From Squalus acanthias (lineage: Eukaryota): 64,000 nucleotides of DNA. A model generated the notes under the pieces. The model saw nothing but the letters and a program-made list of their open reading frames with translations, did not search any database and was not told where the DNA came from. The stretch's first letter is position 1. Every line of letters starts with the position of its first letter. This document shows, one piece after another, positions 35,712 through 50,030 of the stretch. The stretch is taken from the NCBI GenBank assembly GCA_030390025.1, contig CM059432.1:18912001-18976000 (forward strand). The letters are read 5' to 3'. A program made the position numbers and the translations under genes.

Positions 35712-35847
35712 CAGGTTTGTTTTTGGCCACAGTGGATGAGTTTTGAACGAACAAACACCAAAATTCACCAGCTGAAAACTGGACTGGATTTAAAATCAGG
35801 GCCTCGGCCCCAGAGCTGTTCAGAGCCTCTGCACCATATAATGTCCT

Positions 35848-36306
35848 TGCAGTTCCAACAACACTCAAGAAGCTCGACACCATCCAGGACAAAGCAGCCC
35901 GCTTGATTGGCACCCCATCCACCACCTTAAACATTCACTCCCTCCACCACCGGCGTACCGTGTGTACCATCTACAAGATGCACTGCAGCAACTCACCAAG
36001 GCTTCTTCGGCAGCACTTCCCAAACCGGTGACCTCTTCCACCTAGAAGGACAAGGGCAGCAGGCGCATGGGAACACCACCACCTCCAATTCCCCTCCAAG
36101 TCACACACCATCCTGACTTAGAAGTATATCGTCGATCCTTCATCGTCGCTGGGTCAAAATCCTGGACCTCCCTTCCTAGCAGCACTGTGGGAGTAACTTC
36201 ACCACACGGACTGCAGTGGTTCAAGAAGGCGGCTCACCACCACCTTCTCAAGGGCAATTAGGGATGGGCAATAATAAATGCCCACATCCCATAAACGAAT
36301 AAAAAA
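35848..36306 (+). mobile_element. second CR1/L2-group LINE family (family B), 3' fragment
   Basis: PTTLKKLDTIQDKAARLIGTP...AGSKSW.SLP...AHHHLLKGN; tail gaataaaaaa. Confidence 0.85.
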
Positions 36307-37089
36307 TAATAAAGGAAAGGGTCAGCATGGGTTTGCTATTAGTTGGCTATATGGGGGAAAAAAACATTTTGCTTTCTTGTGGAGAACACAAAATATACTA
36401 TTTATGTTTTTTTTCTGGAGAATCCTTCTATTTATCAAGCTTTAAAAATAGAATTACAAAAATAAACTGGACGTTGCCTGTTGAATCCCATTTATAGCGC
36501 ACTTTTACAATAACTACTTACTACACAAGTCAAAAGTTCCAGACGTGTCTGTCAATAATCCAGATGCTCTAATTGTATTGTACCCTTTGTTAATATTGGC
36601 CTGCTATTTGGCTCCATCTATCCACTACCCCCTGTGTATGCCAATTGAAACATGAATCACACAGCTAGGTTAAAGTCATCCCATAGAAAACAAGTCGATC
36701 TGATGCTTCATAGAAGTGCTGATGTTTTAATTAAAATAAAAACAGGTCTTCATTAATGCATCCTTGTGCTTTATTATTAGAAAACGTGTTTGTTTTGTGC
36801 AATTCTTATTGATGAGATTCCGACTGTAATATCCTGCAGATCTCATTTACGACTCCCTGTAGATTTTACCTAAATATTTCAGATTTTTATTACTCTCTCT
36901 ATTAGGATAAGAACTATAAATGATGTTTGTTATATTCTAGTTTATGAAAAAGCTTTGTAAATGGGAATCTAAAGATTTGTTGAATTATAGCAACCAATTT
37001 TGAGACTTTGCTCCAGGTCCCTCGTTTGACGGATTGGTGAGATTTGATGACAGAGGAGGGTAAATTGTCTGACAGATTCTGTCGGCGAT

Positions 37090-38320
37090 GCTGAGCTATG
37101 CAGGAAGTGGGAGGGGTTTGGGAAATCCTAGTTCATGCCTCATCACCTCAAGGCTTCACTTCTCCAATGCAATTCTTGCTGGCTTCCCAAATCGACCCTC
37201 CACAAAGGAAACATGACAGCCCACACGGTCATCTGTTCTAAGTCCCACTCTCCCGCTACCCCCTTCAACCTGGCAGACTCCCCAAGCCCCAGGGTGTCAT
37301 TTTGAAAATTCTGACCTTTGTTTTTAAATCTCTTTCTAGCCTCCCCTTAGTAGTACCTGATTGATCTCTTAACTTCCCTGCACGCATTTCCTCATAATTT
37401 GCAGCACAACAAAGGTGTAAAAGAGTCACGCTGTGCCAGGTTTTTCTGAGGAAAGTCGATCGCAAGTGGCTTACGCTGATTTCATACCAGAGCCTCGCTA
37501 CGTGCAAGTTTCCTCAATCATTTGCGCTGCTCCCAAGTTACGTCCGCCTAAACCACACTTAACTCATTAACATAGCTCTGCCCTCATGTAGCAGACCAGA
37601 GAATGAGAGTTTCCTGCATTTACACCCATTCGGAACAGGCATAAATTTACACCCAACATTTTTGATGCAGCAGGACCCAAAGAATATTTTTGATGTTCTA
37701 TAGAGATTTAAAACAGTTTTCTCCTTACTAAGACCTGCACTGTCTTTTTGATATCTTTGAATGCTTTATTGTGGCATTAGAATCTATTACATTAAAAGGG
37801 GAAAAGCTTTCATATTGCTTTTTCTTAAACATGCTGGGCTTAATGTGCATAAATGACAGTATGATGGCTTCAAACTATAATTTTCATAACATCCATAAGC
37901 TAAAGAGAAACTTAAAGCAGGAAGATAGTGTATGCTTTGCACTTTCCTCGGGCTCCAATTGTTTAGACTGGTTATAACGTGTATGCTCATGAGATTCTCA
38001 GGAAATTTCAGCGCAAGTTGCTGTCGGCAAGACGGTGTAGAAACCGTTATGAATTTAGCCATAAGTCAGATTGACGAAATTCCGGCCCTATTTTCCTGCC
38101 CTCTGGAATTCTCCACCCAGTTCCCTCTGTCTTGCCATCTCCCTCCCTGTTTTCAGAGCCCTCACCTTTGACCCTGCCTACGGATCACAATTTTACTAAT
38201 ATGTTTGCCTTTTCTTTCTCAATGCTCAGTGTGCGCTGTGTCCCCTTTCCTTCTTATTGTAAAGAACTTGGAGACATCTTACTGCACATGATCAGCAGGA
38301 AGCACAAATTGTTGTTGTGC
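37090..38320 (+). mobile_element. old L2 fragment interrupted by a MITE remnant (~37375-38097)
   Basis: LVHA.ITSRL..SNAILAG.P-like sequence at ~37128-37190; MITE terminus gaaattccggccc; L2-like 3' sequence resumes at ~38098. Confidence 0.5.
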
Positions 38321-38599
38321 TATTGTAATGCAGATACTAAGCCCTTAAAGGAATACAGAAAGGAAATTGTTATAATCCTGTTAACACATCACTGATCATA
38401 ATTCTTACCTTAGCAATGAAGGAAAGTTTCATCTTTTATTCATATAGAAGTTGCTGATAAATAACATTAAATATGAAGAAAGAGAATTAATTATGATATT
38501 TTAACGGTGGTGCATGAGGCCTTGAATTTGAAGCCAAAGGTCAAGTGCATGAGTTAGTTGAACTCTGGCAAATGAAAAAGAAGCAAAGTTCTGCTTTGC

Positions 38600-38990
38600 C
38601 TTTTCTCCACGCTTCAAGGCACTGACTATTATTGGGGTACAATTCCACTGGCATTGGCTGCCCTCAGGTCCCTCACCCAAGTGCCCGGTCTTTATTTGTG
38701 GGATGATAAAATGAGCATCAGCAGACAACCTGGACAGTGTTCAATCTTGCCCTCACCCGAAGTCTACACGCGCGCACTTTCCTGCCGGGATCACTGGATA
38801 GTGATCAGGAGCAGGAACCATGGTTAATTGTTTCCTCCTGATCCCAAGGGTGCTGGGACCAATTGTAGTTTCCCTGCTGCTGACCCAGTTGAAATAACAC
38901 AGGACAAAGCAGGGATCACACCATGGACACTCTGGTCTTTGTGGTTTAGTACCATTCCATGTGGTGTGTTTAGTCAGTAAGTCATTGAGG
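38600..38990 (-). mobile_element. old tRNA-derived SINE (second SINE family)
   Basis: gggatcactggatagtgatcaggagcaggaacc core and a degenerate head on -. Confidence 0.6.
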
Positions 38991-39473
38991 AAGCTCCAAA
39001 AGTACATTTTCAAATTCAACACAATGCAATAGAATTTGCTACTTCCCATACCAATGCAAATCCTCCCACTCAGCAACACTTAATAAAAATTGTGTCGCAG
39101 GGTGACAATATAATAAAGCAATGACAGTCCTTAAATTAGACATGCCAGCTTCTGTCGTACAACTAATTATTTTTCCCCTTTAGTAACAACAGGAAGAGTT
39201 TGTGGAAGTCATATATCAGGTTTTTTTATATAACAAGTGAAACTGTTCCCAAGAGGGAATTATTTTTCTTAGTTCATTCAACTGTGTTGCAGATTGAATG
39301 AGGGTGACATCAATGGGAATACCTCCCCCAGCACTAAACTTTTAATGTGAAGCTAATAGGCGAACCACCGAGAATTTATCTGCTCTCAATAATTACAGCT
39401 GGTTTTGGAAACAAGAGCTGGAGGCTCTGTGATTGAGGGATTGTGTATTGATGACCAAATAAAATTCTATAAT

Positions 39474-39978
39474 GGGCTGGAATTTGCGGTGGGTAATAAC
39501 GGTGAACTGACAGCGTTCGCCATTATTACCCCTTTGAAACTGACCGCAACTTCAGGATGTATAGCTTCTAAACGCAGAAATCCTGAAGTTGTGGTCAGTC
39601 ATTCACTGCTTCGACACTGGCTGCGCTGTGGCCACCCGCAAGAAACTTTTTCTTAAAAATTATTATTTTATATAAGTTAGTTCAAGATATTTCGGGTTCT
39701 ACCTTATCCCCATGTGAGAGCCCCAATCTTTGTTTTGCTCTCTGCAACATTTTTTAAAAGTCTGGATAAAAGCAGGTTCTCATTTCCTGGTTCCCTGTCT
39801 GTGAGAATTCTGCAACGTGATTGGCTGCTGAGACAGCTTGTTGACGTCACAGCAGATCGCACTAGGGAATTCCCACTACACGGCACTGAAATCGCTTACG
39901 CTTCGGAAAATCCCAACTTCTTTCTTCGGGGCCAGCCGCGAGCACTTTTGCTTCGCCGTTGACCACCAATTCCAGGCC
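39474..39978. mobile_element. Harbinger-type MITE
   Basis: GGGCTGGAATTTG ... CAATTCCAGGCC; flanks AAT/ATT. Confidence 0.7.
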
Positions 39979-40199
39979 ATTGTGCCACCTCCCCACAACT
40001 GTAACTTCAGATGGAAACAAATGTTTCTTGAGCTCAGAAAATGTTGCTTCTGATATCCACAGGGGTTACTGGTATCAGTTTGAGGCTGGTACCTGCTTAG
40101 GATGATGCTGAAATGAGATTCGGGGTATTTTATCACACTAAAGTTGAATTCACTTCACACTGTCACAAACTGAGATTGAGAATAAGAACTGACAGCACA

Positions 40200-42150
40200 A
40201 GTATACAAACATAGCAAAATAAGGGCAAGAAAAGACCATGAGGTCAATCGATGTTCACACCATCCATTGGGTAGTGCAGCTTTGTGCACCACCCTTCCCA
40301 ACCACTAGCACTGTTAGCCTAACAAATATCTATCGATTACAGTCTTGAATATTTCAATTGACGCAGCATTTACAGCTTTCGGGGTGGGGGGGCGGGGGGG
40401 CTGGGGGGAGAGAGTTACAGATTTCCACTACCCTTTATGTGAAGAAGTACTTCCAGATTACACTCCTAAATGGGCTAGGTCTAATTTTAAGATTGTGCCC
40501 CTTGTACTGGATTCGCCAGCAGAGGAAATCATTTCTCTGTATCTATCCTATCGAATCCTGTTTTTCATTTTAAACAGCTTCATCAGATCACTCCTTAACC
40601 ATCTAAACTCAAGGAATGAAACCAACTTTATGCAACTTGTCCTCATCGCTGCAGGAGTTCCTCAGGGCAGTGTCCTGAGCCAAACCATCTTCAGCTGTTT
40701 CATCAATGACCTTCCCTCCATCATAAGGTCAGAAGTGGGAATGTTGCTGATGATTGCACAGTGTTCAGTTCCATTTGCAACTCCCCAGATAATGAAGCAG
40801 TCCATGCCCGCATGCACCAAGACCTGGACAACATTCAGGCTTTGGCTGATAAGTGGCAAGAAACATTAGCACCACACAAGTGCCAGGCAATGACCATCTA
40901 CAACAAGCGAGAGTCTAACCACCTCCCCTTGACATTCAATGACATTACCATCACTGAATCCCTACCATCAACATCCTGGGGTCACCATTGACCGATACTT
41001 AACTGGACCATCCACATAAATACCATAGCTACAAGAGCAGGTCAGAGTCTGTGTATTCTGTGGCGAGTGACTCACCTCCTGACACCCAAAAGCCTTTCCA
41101 CCATCTACAAGGCACAACTCAGGAGTGTGATGGAATACTCTCCACTTGCCTGGATAAGTATAACTCCAACAACAGTCAAGAAGCTTGACACCATCAAGGA
41201 CAAAGCAGCCCGCTTGATCGGCACCCCATCCACCACCTTAAACATTCACTCCCTCCACCACTGGCGCACTGTGCCTGCAGTGTGTACCACCTACAAGATG
41301 CACTGCAGCAACTCGCCAAGGCTTCTTCGACAGCTCCTCCCAAACCCGCGACCTCTACCACCTAGAAGGACAAGGGCAGCAGGCGCATGGGAAACCCGTC
41401 ACCTCCAAGTTCCCCTCCAAGTTACACACCATCCTGACTTGGAAGTATATCGCTGTTCCTTCATCGTCGCTGGGTCAAAATCCTGGAACTCGCCTCCCTA
41501 ACAGCACTGTGGGAGTACCTTCACCACAAGGACTGCAGCGGTTCAAGAAGGCGGCTCACCACCACCTTCTCAAGTGCAATTAGGGACGGGCAATAAATGC
41601 TGGCCTTGCCAGCAATGCCCACATCCCAGGAACGAATAAAAAAATATATATTTTTAACCCTTTAAGCCCTGGTACTATTCTGGTACCCTCTCAAAGGCCA
41701 ATATATCCTTTCTGAGATAAATTGCCCAAAATTGAACACGGTACGACAGATGGGGTCTGACCAAGACTCTGTGTAACTGAAGGATGACTTTCTCACTGTT
41801 GAATTCCATCCTCATTGAGATAAAGGCCAGCCTTTTGATTACTTTTTGCACCTGTGCACTAGTTTTTAGTGAGTTGTGTACACAGACACCTCAATCCTAT
41901 TGTTCCTCCACAGCTCCTAGTTTCTCACCATTAAGAAAATATTCTGATTTTGTTTCTCGGATCCAATATGGATGACCTCACACGTCCCCACATTGAACTC
42001 CATCTGCCACAGTTTTGCCCACTCACTTGAATGTCTATGTCTCTTTATAACTTCCTGCTCAGTAAGCCTCCTATCGTACTGTGATTGCAAACTTGGATAT
42101 GCAACTCTCTATTCATTCATCCAATCATTGATATATATGGTGAAAAGTTT
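40200..42150 (-). mobile_element. old CR1 fragment split by a family B LINE
   Basis: CR1 3' sequence at 40200-40645 resumes at ~41650 (aaccctttaagccctggt...gggtctgaccaag). Confidence 0.7.
40646..41643 (+). mobile_element. family B LINE 3' fragment
   Basis: AGVPQGSVL..TIFSCFINDLP...MEYSPLAW...LDTI.DKAARLIG...AGSKSWNS; A tail. Confidence 0.9.
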
Positions 42151-42151
42151 A

Positions 42152-42283
42152 GGTTAACATTTCAGGTCATAGAACAGGTTCTATTGAAGGGTCATAGACC
42201 TGAAACATTTACACTATCTTCTTAACTCCGCAGATGCTGCCTGACCTGCTGAGTGTTTCCAGCATTTTCTGCTTTTATATTTT
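42152..42283 (+). mobile_element. degenerate Penelope-type short element
   Basis: gttaacatttcaggtc...gaagggtcatagacctgaaacatt...cagatgctgcctgacctgctgagtgtttccagcattttctg. Confidence 0.75.
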
Positions 42284-43360
42284 ATTAAGACTTTGCAACT
42301 ATCTTTAGGTTTTCAGTCTAACACACCCTTCACAAAATGCTTATCATGGTATCAGCTACAGTTGTGAATATAGAAAACAATAATGTGATGCACAGTACCT
42401 GCATTAGGCGCATGAAGTAGAGTCTGCTATATGCCCATTGTAGGGTGTCCTTCTTCTCCAAAAAGGACCAGCCTACTGTGCAGGACCTCCTGAAGAAGTG
42501 CCTCCAAAGCTGCTGTTTTGTATTATGCAGTTCTGCTTAATTGTGTATCTACAGGCATTTCCCGGCCCCCGCTCCCCTCAGTAGCCAGATGGCAACCAGC
42601 AACCCTTTAAGAGTTGCTGACACTGAGTAACTCACCTTTTCACTCTTGCGTGCTGCCAGAATGTTATGCCCTGCACCCCGGAAGTGCCACAATATCATGC
42701 ATATGAGCTGAGCTCGTATTATATTGTGAGATCAGCTCAAAGCACTGCAGACATGCACAGTGCCCAAAGTGGCCCCACAGTTTGTAACATATTAATGAAA
42801 CAGTAAGTTCATTCAGAAATTAGTTTAATTAGATGGAAAGAGAATAATGAAAATGATCTCAAGCCCAATAATCTAACACAATGTAAGAATTTTAACCTGT
42901 ATCCACAGTTTGTAACTAAAAAGAGGCAAAGTATTAAGGGTTCGACTAAAAGACAAATAAGTAATTATCAGTGATTTGTAATTAAAGGAAAATGTGATGG
43001 ATCGCCTGTTCTAATTATATGAAGGAAGTAATTTACTGTATCAATATATGCTGTGTCTAGACTTTAATGTTGGCGATTGGTGAAAGCAAAATTTTAATCA
43101 TTATTTTTGCTGTCTTGTGCATTTGCAAACCGTTCCTGGGGTCTGATGAGCTGAGGAGCAAATGGACAAGTCTTTTCTGTCTTTATACCAAACAATCCCA
43201 CTGCAGTGCAGTATTTGAGGTGACCATGGAGTGAGCCTGGCTATCATTGTTGGAGATGAGACCAATTTTTAGCTCATCTTTTCCCAGCCATTGTTAGCAA
43301 CACCAACAAAAGAACATTGCTTGCTGCGTCACTATTATTCTTTCCTACCTCCTCCTTCAG

Positions 43361-44420
43361 AACATAAGTACATAAGAATTAGGAGCAGGAGTCGGCCATA
43401 CGGCCCCTCGAGCCTGCTCTGCCATTCAATAAGATCATGGCTAATCTTCGACCTCAACTCCACTTTCCCGCCCGATCCCCATATCCCTTGATTCCCCTAG
43501 AGAGCCTTGAATACACTCATAGGGGGTGATTTTGCCAATGGTGACGTGATGGAGGCGGGATTGCTGCTTGTCGGGTTTTAGTCCCCCCTCCATCGACATC
43601 CGGCTAACCCGCGCTATTTTCCCTTGATTGACCTTGTTAAGCCCGCCTAGCGGGCTCAGCAGGCCAATTAAGGGAAAGCCGGTGACAGAGAACGTCAGCG
43701 TATGACGTTTCATCTGTCAAAAATTTTTGACAGATGAATTGTCATCGTTTGACAGCTTTGAGAAGCTGTCAAACACTGACATTCTCTGTTATTTGGTGAG
43801 TCCTTGTATTCAAGACTCACCAAACCTATTTCCTGAGAAGAAAGCAGATGGCTGTTGCATCGGAGAATGCAGCAGCCATTCTGCCATCTCTGCCGTGGAG
43901 ATGCCGGAGCCTCCGGATCCCCAACGATTGAAGCCTGCAGGAAGAAACAAAGGTGAGGAAACTTTTTCTAACACTTTTCACTCACCTCACATACTTACCT
44001 CTCCACATTTGCACCCATCACTCACCTCCACAGCGCACTTTTCGAACCCTCTGACCCCCACAGAGCCACTGCTCGCCTCTTAACTGCCTGTTAACTGCCT
44101 GTAATCCCCTTCCCGCCTCAAGGAGACGGATCCCAGCGCGAGTCGGGGACCCGCCTCCTGGGAAGATGGCACGGAGGCGGGTTGGGGGCGGGTTCAGTAC
44201 CCGCTCCCAGTTTCTGCCATTTTCCCGGCAGTCCCGCCTCCATATCCGCCTCCCCAGGGCTGGCAAAATCGCCCCCAATGATTCAGCATCCACAGCCGTT
44301 TGGGGTAGAAAATTCCAATTCTGAGTGAAGAAATTTCTCCTCATCTCAGTCTTAAATGGTCGATCCCTTATCCTGAGACTATGCCCCCTAGTTCTAGACT
44401 CTCAAGCCAGGGGAGTGACC
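43361..44420 (-). mobile_element. CR1 3' fragment hosting a family 2 MITE
   Basis: aacataagtacataagaatt tail; ttgaatacactc...aatgattcagcatccacagcc is continuous across the MITE. Confidence 0.8.
43522..44276 (+). mobile_element. Harbinger-type MITE family 2, copy B
   Basis: TIR GGGGG(T/C)GATTTTGCCA; interrupts CR1. Confidence 0.85.
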
Positions 44421-45366
44421 ACGTCACTCTCTTTTGTTCTTACTTGAGCAATCTAGGTGAAGGGCCGCAGCCCAGAATTCAGGACACCACTAAGTTTGAA
44501 AGAATACAAAAGGAGATGAGACAAGCCAAGAAATACTGGTCAGGTGACAGCAAGCTTGAAGTTTTTATCAGTTATAGGGAAAAGGGATGTTAAGAAAGTA
44601 AGGCACTCCATGGTTTTGAGATCTTGGAAAAGAATTAGTCAGAGTATGAGATAGAATTATAGCCCAGAAGAAGACTATTTGGCTCATCGCACTTATGATT
44701 GATCTCTGAAAGAGCTATCCACTTGTCCCACTCCCCTGCTCTTTCCCCATATCTTTCTCATTTTAATTTTTTCAAAAGTTGATTCACTTTCCTTTAAAAA
44801 GTTATTGAGGATTCTGCTTGCAGCATAGTTTCTGGTAGGACAGTCTATATCGTAACAACCCTCTGCGTAAAAAAAAACCTCCTAACCTCCCCCTTGGTTC
44901 TTTGTGACAATCTTAAATTTATGCCATTTAGTTACCAACTAGTGGGAATAATAAAAAAATAATAATTTGAAACATCTCCACCAGATTTCCTCTTAACTTT
45001 CTATATTCTAGTGAATAGAGTACCAGTTTCTCACATATCTCCTCATCACTAAAGTATTTCATTCCTGGTATCAACTCACTGAATATATTTAAGAAGGAGA
45101 TAGATAGATTTCTCGACACAAAAGGCATCAAGGGGTATGGGGAGAGAGCGGGAATATGGTATTGAGATAGAGGATCAGCCATGATCATATTGAATGGCGG
45201 AGCAGGCTCATAGAGCCGAATGACCTACTCCTGCTTCTATTTTTCTATGTTTCTATCCCTTCTGCACCCTCTCTAAGGCCGTGACATCCTTCCAAAGCTG
45301 AACACAGTATTCTAACTATGGCCTAAGGAATCATTTGTCTAGATTTAGTTCATCTCTTTGCTATTG

Positions 45367-45697
45367 GCCGAGGCTTCTCCGACAGCACCTCCCAAACCCG
45401 CGACCTCTACCACCTCAAAGGACAAGGGCAGCAGGCGCATGGGAACACCACCACCTCTAAGTTCCCCTCCAAGTCACACACCATCCTGACTTGGAAATAT
45501 ATCGCTGTTCCTTCATCATCGCTGGGTCAAAATCCTGGATTTCGCTCCCTAACAGCACTGTGGGAGTACCTTCACCGCATAGACTGCAGCGGTTCAAGAA
45601 GGCAGCTCACCACCACCTTCTCAAGGGCAATTAGGGATGGGCAATAAATGCTGGCCTTGCCAGCGACGCCCACATCCCAGAGACGAATAAAAAAAAG
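45367..45697 (+). mobile_element. family B LINE 3' end
   Basis: Closely matches 41315-41643. Confidence 0.85.
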
Positions 45698-46349
45698 ATA
45701 TACCTTAATTCATAAAACCTAGGATTGCAGCTTTATCAGATAGCCCTCCCAATTTTTAAAGATATACGTATCCAAACCCCTAAAACTCTATGCACTTCTA
45801 CTCATTTTAAAGTTTTACCATTTAGTGTTAATTTCCTTTCCTATTTTTCTGAAGAAAATCGATCATCTTGGATTTCTCCACATTAAATTTCATCTAACAT
45901 CTATGATAGGTCTATAGTTGGAGTTTTTTTTGCCTTTCCTCCTTATCAAACAGAGATGTTACATTGGCAATCCTCCAGTACTCTGCACAGCTACCATATC
46001 CCAGGAATTTTGAACTATTGCAGTCAGCGCCTCTACTATTTCCTCCATTACCCTCATCATTCTAGGATTCATGCCAATGAGGCCTGTTGCCTTCTTCATT
46101 TTGAGTTTCACCAACTTCATCTTTAATGCTACTTCATAATCTATAATTATCCTATCTAATTGCTCCATCTCCTCCTCTTGTACCCTTACATTCCCACTAT
46201 CATGCATTTCAGTGAAAATGGAGTCAAAGTGCTCATTTAGTATCTCTGCCATTTCGTCAACCTCCATAAGAGGATTGCCTTCTTCATCTCTAATCAGCTC
46301 TAGCTTTGCTTGAACTTTCTTATATGTTTATAAAATTCTTTACTGTACC

Positions 46350-46712
46350 CTGGGGTCTAGACAGAGTAGATAGAGAGAAACTGTTCCCACTGGTGCAAGG
46401 GTCGAGAACCAGAGGACACAGATTTAAGGTGATTGGCAGAAGAACCAAAGGCGACATGAGGAAAAACTTTTTTACGCAGCGAGTGGTTAGGATCTGGAAT
46501 GCACGGCCTGAAAGAGTGGTGGAGGCAGATTCAATCATGACTTTCAAAAGGGAATTGGATAAGTACCTGAAGGAAAAAAAAATTGCAGGGCTACGGGGAA
46601 AGGGCGGGGGAGTGGGACTAGCTGAAGTGCTCTTACAGAGAGCCGGCACGGGCTCGATGGGCTGAATGGCCTCCTTCTGTGCTGTAACCATTCTATGATT
46701 CTATGATTCTAT
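46350..46712 (+). mobile_element. young CR1 3' end
   Basis: GLDRVDREKLFPLV.GSRTRGHRFKVIGRRTKGDMRKNFFTQRVVRIWN; (TTCTATGA)n tail. Confidence 0.9.
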
Positions 46713-48619
46713 TAATGTTTCCTGTCAGGTTTTTTTCATATTCTCTCTTAGCCTCTCTAATTTCCTTGTTTTTTTCCTTCTATATTTTCTACAGTTGGCT
46801 AGATTTTCTTCAGAATTACAACATTAGATTACAACATTTCAACGTTTCCTACATTGAAGTGACTACGCTTCAAAAGTACTTCATTGGCTGTAAAGCGCTT
46901 TGGGACATCGAGGTCGTGAAAGGCGCTATATAAATGCAAGTCTTTCTTTTTAGATCTTGGTTTGTCATATGCCTCTTTTAAAGTCTTACTTTAATTTTAA
47001 TTTCTCTACTCATCCAAGGAAACCCAGATTTTTTTTGCAACCCCTTATGGGAATATATATAGCTTGTACCCTAATTATCTCCTGTTTGAAAGTTTCCCAT
47101 TGTTTGTCCATTGTCTTACCTGGCAGTTTTTCTTTCCGATTTATCTGGTCTAGTTCCCTTTTCATCTCATTCAAATTTGTTTTTCCAGTCAAGTACCTTT
47201 TATCTTTGATGGTTGCCTCTTTTTTCAATGTTTATATTGAATGTAATGATGTTATGGTTGCTGTTTCCTAGCTGTTTTCCTATCCTTATGTTATCTATTT
47301 TCTCCACTTCATTTCCGAGAACTAAATCCAACACTGCCTCCTTTCTTGTTGGACGAAAAATGAACTGCTCTAGTAAGCAGTCCTGGACACATTATAGAAA
47401 CTCTTCCCCCTTCTTTACATAATTTTTATCCCAGTCTATATATATATATAATTAAAGTCACTCATTATGATGCCTCTTTTATTTCTGCATATTTTTCTAA
47501 TTGATTGACATATCTCTGTCTCATTTCCTTCCCGGTCTATAAACTATAACCAATAGATTAGCAGTTCTTTTCTTATTCCTTAGCTCTAACCAAAATATTC
47601 AAGCTTTTTCATTGTCCCTTATATCATCTTTACATTCTGGTGCTGTAATGGATGTAATTAATACTGACACCTCTCCAAGTTTTTTTCCTACTGGCTCACT
47701 CCTGAATATATTGGAACATGCGATGTTTAGCTCTCAGTCATGTCTAGCCTAAGCTATATCCCTGTTAATGCTATTATATCATATCTGCCATAGCAATATG
47801 TGCCTCTAGCTCACCAATTTTATTCAGAATATTGTGTACAAACAACTTAAATCTCCCTCTGTCTGTTTGGCAGTCTTACTCTTTAATCCCTTCTCATTCT
47901 GATCTGTTCATTACTAAGTTCCCATTTTTTATTTCTTACACCCCTTGGCCCTTTTGCTTTCCTATCTGCCTCCTCATCTTGTTTCTTCCTCCCACTGTCC
48001 GATTCATTTAAACCCTCCCCCAAAACACTAATTACTCACCTAAAGAGAACATTCAAGCGAAGCCCATCGGCCTAGTCCTAGAACTGGTCCCAGATGTATC
48101 AGGAATATGAACCCTTCTCTGTGGCATGCATTTATCTTCCTTATATTACTATTCCTATACTTATTTTCTGTGGCACTGCAAGTAACCCTGAGGTTACTAC
48201 CATTGAGGTCAAGCTCTTTAATCTACCGCCTAGTTCTTGAAACTACATTCGCAGGACCTCAGTTCTATTCCTTCCTATGTTATTGTTTCCAACATGAAGC
48301 ATGGCTTCCTAAAAAAAAATCCATTAGGCCCCTTACCCTGGCACCTGGGAGACAAGCCCTGATTTTGATTCCAGGTCGATTTCCCGCTCAGGCCTGTGTT
48401 AAAATTACAGTCGGGTCTCAATGTTGTCATCGGGCCGCAACATGCATATGTAAAGAAGGGCCCTGTTGGCTCCGGGCGTGTGTCCTTGCTGCCTGCTCAG
48501 GAGAGCAGGTTAAAATTGCAGATGTTGCGATAATGGCGGCTTTCGGACAGGTAAGAGCCAGGGCGATTTTAACTGCCCACCTGCCAGGTTTCTGCTGAGC
48601 GAGTAGGGTTAAAATCGAC

Positions 48620-50030
48620 TCCACTCCAGCTGGGGCCTAACCAGCGATTTATAAAGGTTGATCATAACTTTCTTGCTTTTGTAGTCTATCCCTCTACTTA
48701 TAAAGCCAAGGATCAAGTATGCCTTTTTAACAGCCTTCTCAACTTGTATGTCTCTCTGTTCCAGCAGCCCCATTAAAATTGTTCCATTTAGTTTATATTG
48801 CCTCGCTTCATTTTTCCTACCAAAATGAATCACTTCACACTTCTCTGTGTTAAATTTCATCTACCATGGGCTGGATTTTGAAACTGGGGTCGGGTTGGGG
48901 TCGTGAATCACACATTCTGGCTTGTAAACCCACCTCCATCGAGATGTGGCCAACCCACTGTATTTTCCCTTGATTGACCTTGTTGAGCCCGCCCAGTGGG
49001 CTCAGCAGGCCAATTAAGGGCTACCCGGCAACAGGTGACGTCACAGATTGACATTTCATCTGTCAAGAGCTTTTGACAGATGAAATATCAGCGTTTGACA
49101 GCTCTGTGAAGCTGTCAAACACTCACAATATGATTTCTAACTTGAGTCCTTCCTCTCAGGCTGAGTTAGAAATCATTCCACCACAGAAAACAGAAGGCTG
49201 CAGTTTTTGACAGGACCACGGCTTTTCTGCTTTCTGTGCCGGTGAGATTTCTGACTCCCGAGAACTGAAGGGCTGACACCTGCAGGAGGAAGTTAAAGTA
49301 AGTAAAACTTTTTCCCACACTTAGCACTTACCTTACACACTTACCTCTGCACACATGCACCCATCACTCACCTGCCCACCGGACATATTGACCCCTCCAA
49401 CCCCTGCAGACCCACAGTCTGCCCCGATAACTTGGCGTGGTTGCCACCTGTCGGGAAGCCCACATTTCACCTGTCAAAATAGGGATTATGCAAAAAACTG
49501 CATGTTAACTACCTGTTAACAGGCAGTTAATTGTCACTAATCCCTTCCCGCCTCGGGGAGTCGGGTCTCAGCACAGGTTGGGTACCCGCCGCCAGCGAAA
49601 CTGGCATGGAGGCGGGTTGGAGGCGGGATGGGGTCGGGACCCCCGAATCTGCAACTTTAACCCCCCCCCCCCCCCCGCCTCCAAACCCGACTCCACGGGT
49701 CATTGAAAATCCAGCCCAAAGTGTCTGCCCATTTCACCAGTCTATTTATGTCCTCATGAAATCTGTTACTCTCCTCCTCATTGTTTACTTCATTTCCGAT
49801 TTTTGTGCAAACTTTGAAGTTAAGCCCTGTCATTAAGTCCAGGTCATTAATATATATCAAAAAGAGCAGTGGTTCCTACAGCGACCCCTGGGGGACACCA
49901 CTGCACACTTCCCTCCAGTCTGAAAAACAACCGTTCACCGCGATTCTCTGCTTTCTGTCCCTTTGCCAATTTTGTATTCACGCAGCCATTGCCCCATTAA
50001 TCCCATGAGCTTCAATTTTGCGAACAAGCT
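48620..50030 (-). mobile_element. CR1 RT fragment hosting a family 2 MITE
   Basis: MKFNTEKCEVIHFGRKN...LVRPQLE; IYINDLD...LVKWAD. Confidence 0.8.
48868..49717 (+). mobile_element. Harbinger-type MITE family 2, copy C (diverged subfamily)
   Basis: TIR GGGCTGGATTTT; shares its internal core with 18814 and 43522. Confidence 0.85.

Larger units (their letters stand above)
44655..48350 (-). mobile_element. long, decayed CR1 (ORF1 remnant to 3' end) with nested insertions
   Basis: Pieces MAEILNE.F.SIFT, KATGL.GM.PR and QWETFKQEI.RVQ..YIP; ORF1-like piece at ~48060-48350. Nested: CR1(+) 45075-45255, family B 45367-45697, CR1(+) 46350-46712, SINE tail 46840-46950. Confidence 0.7.
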
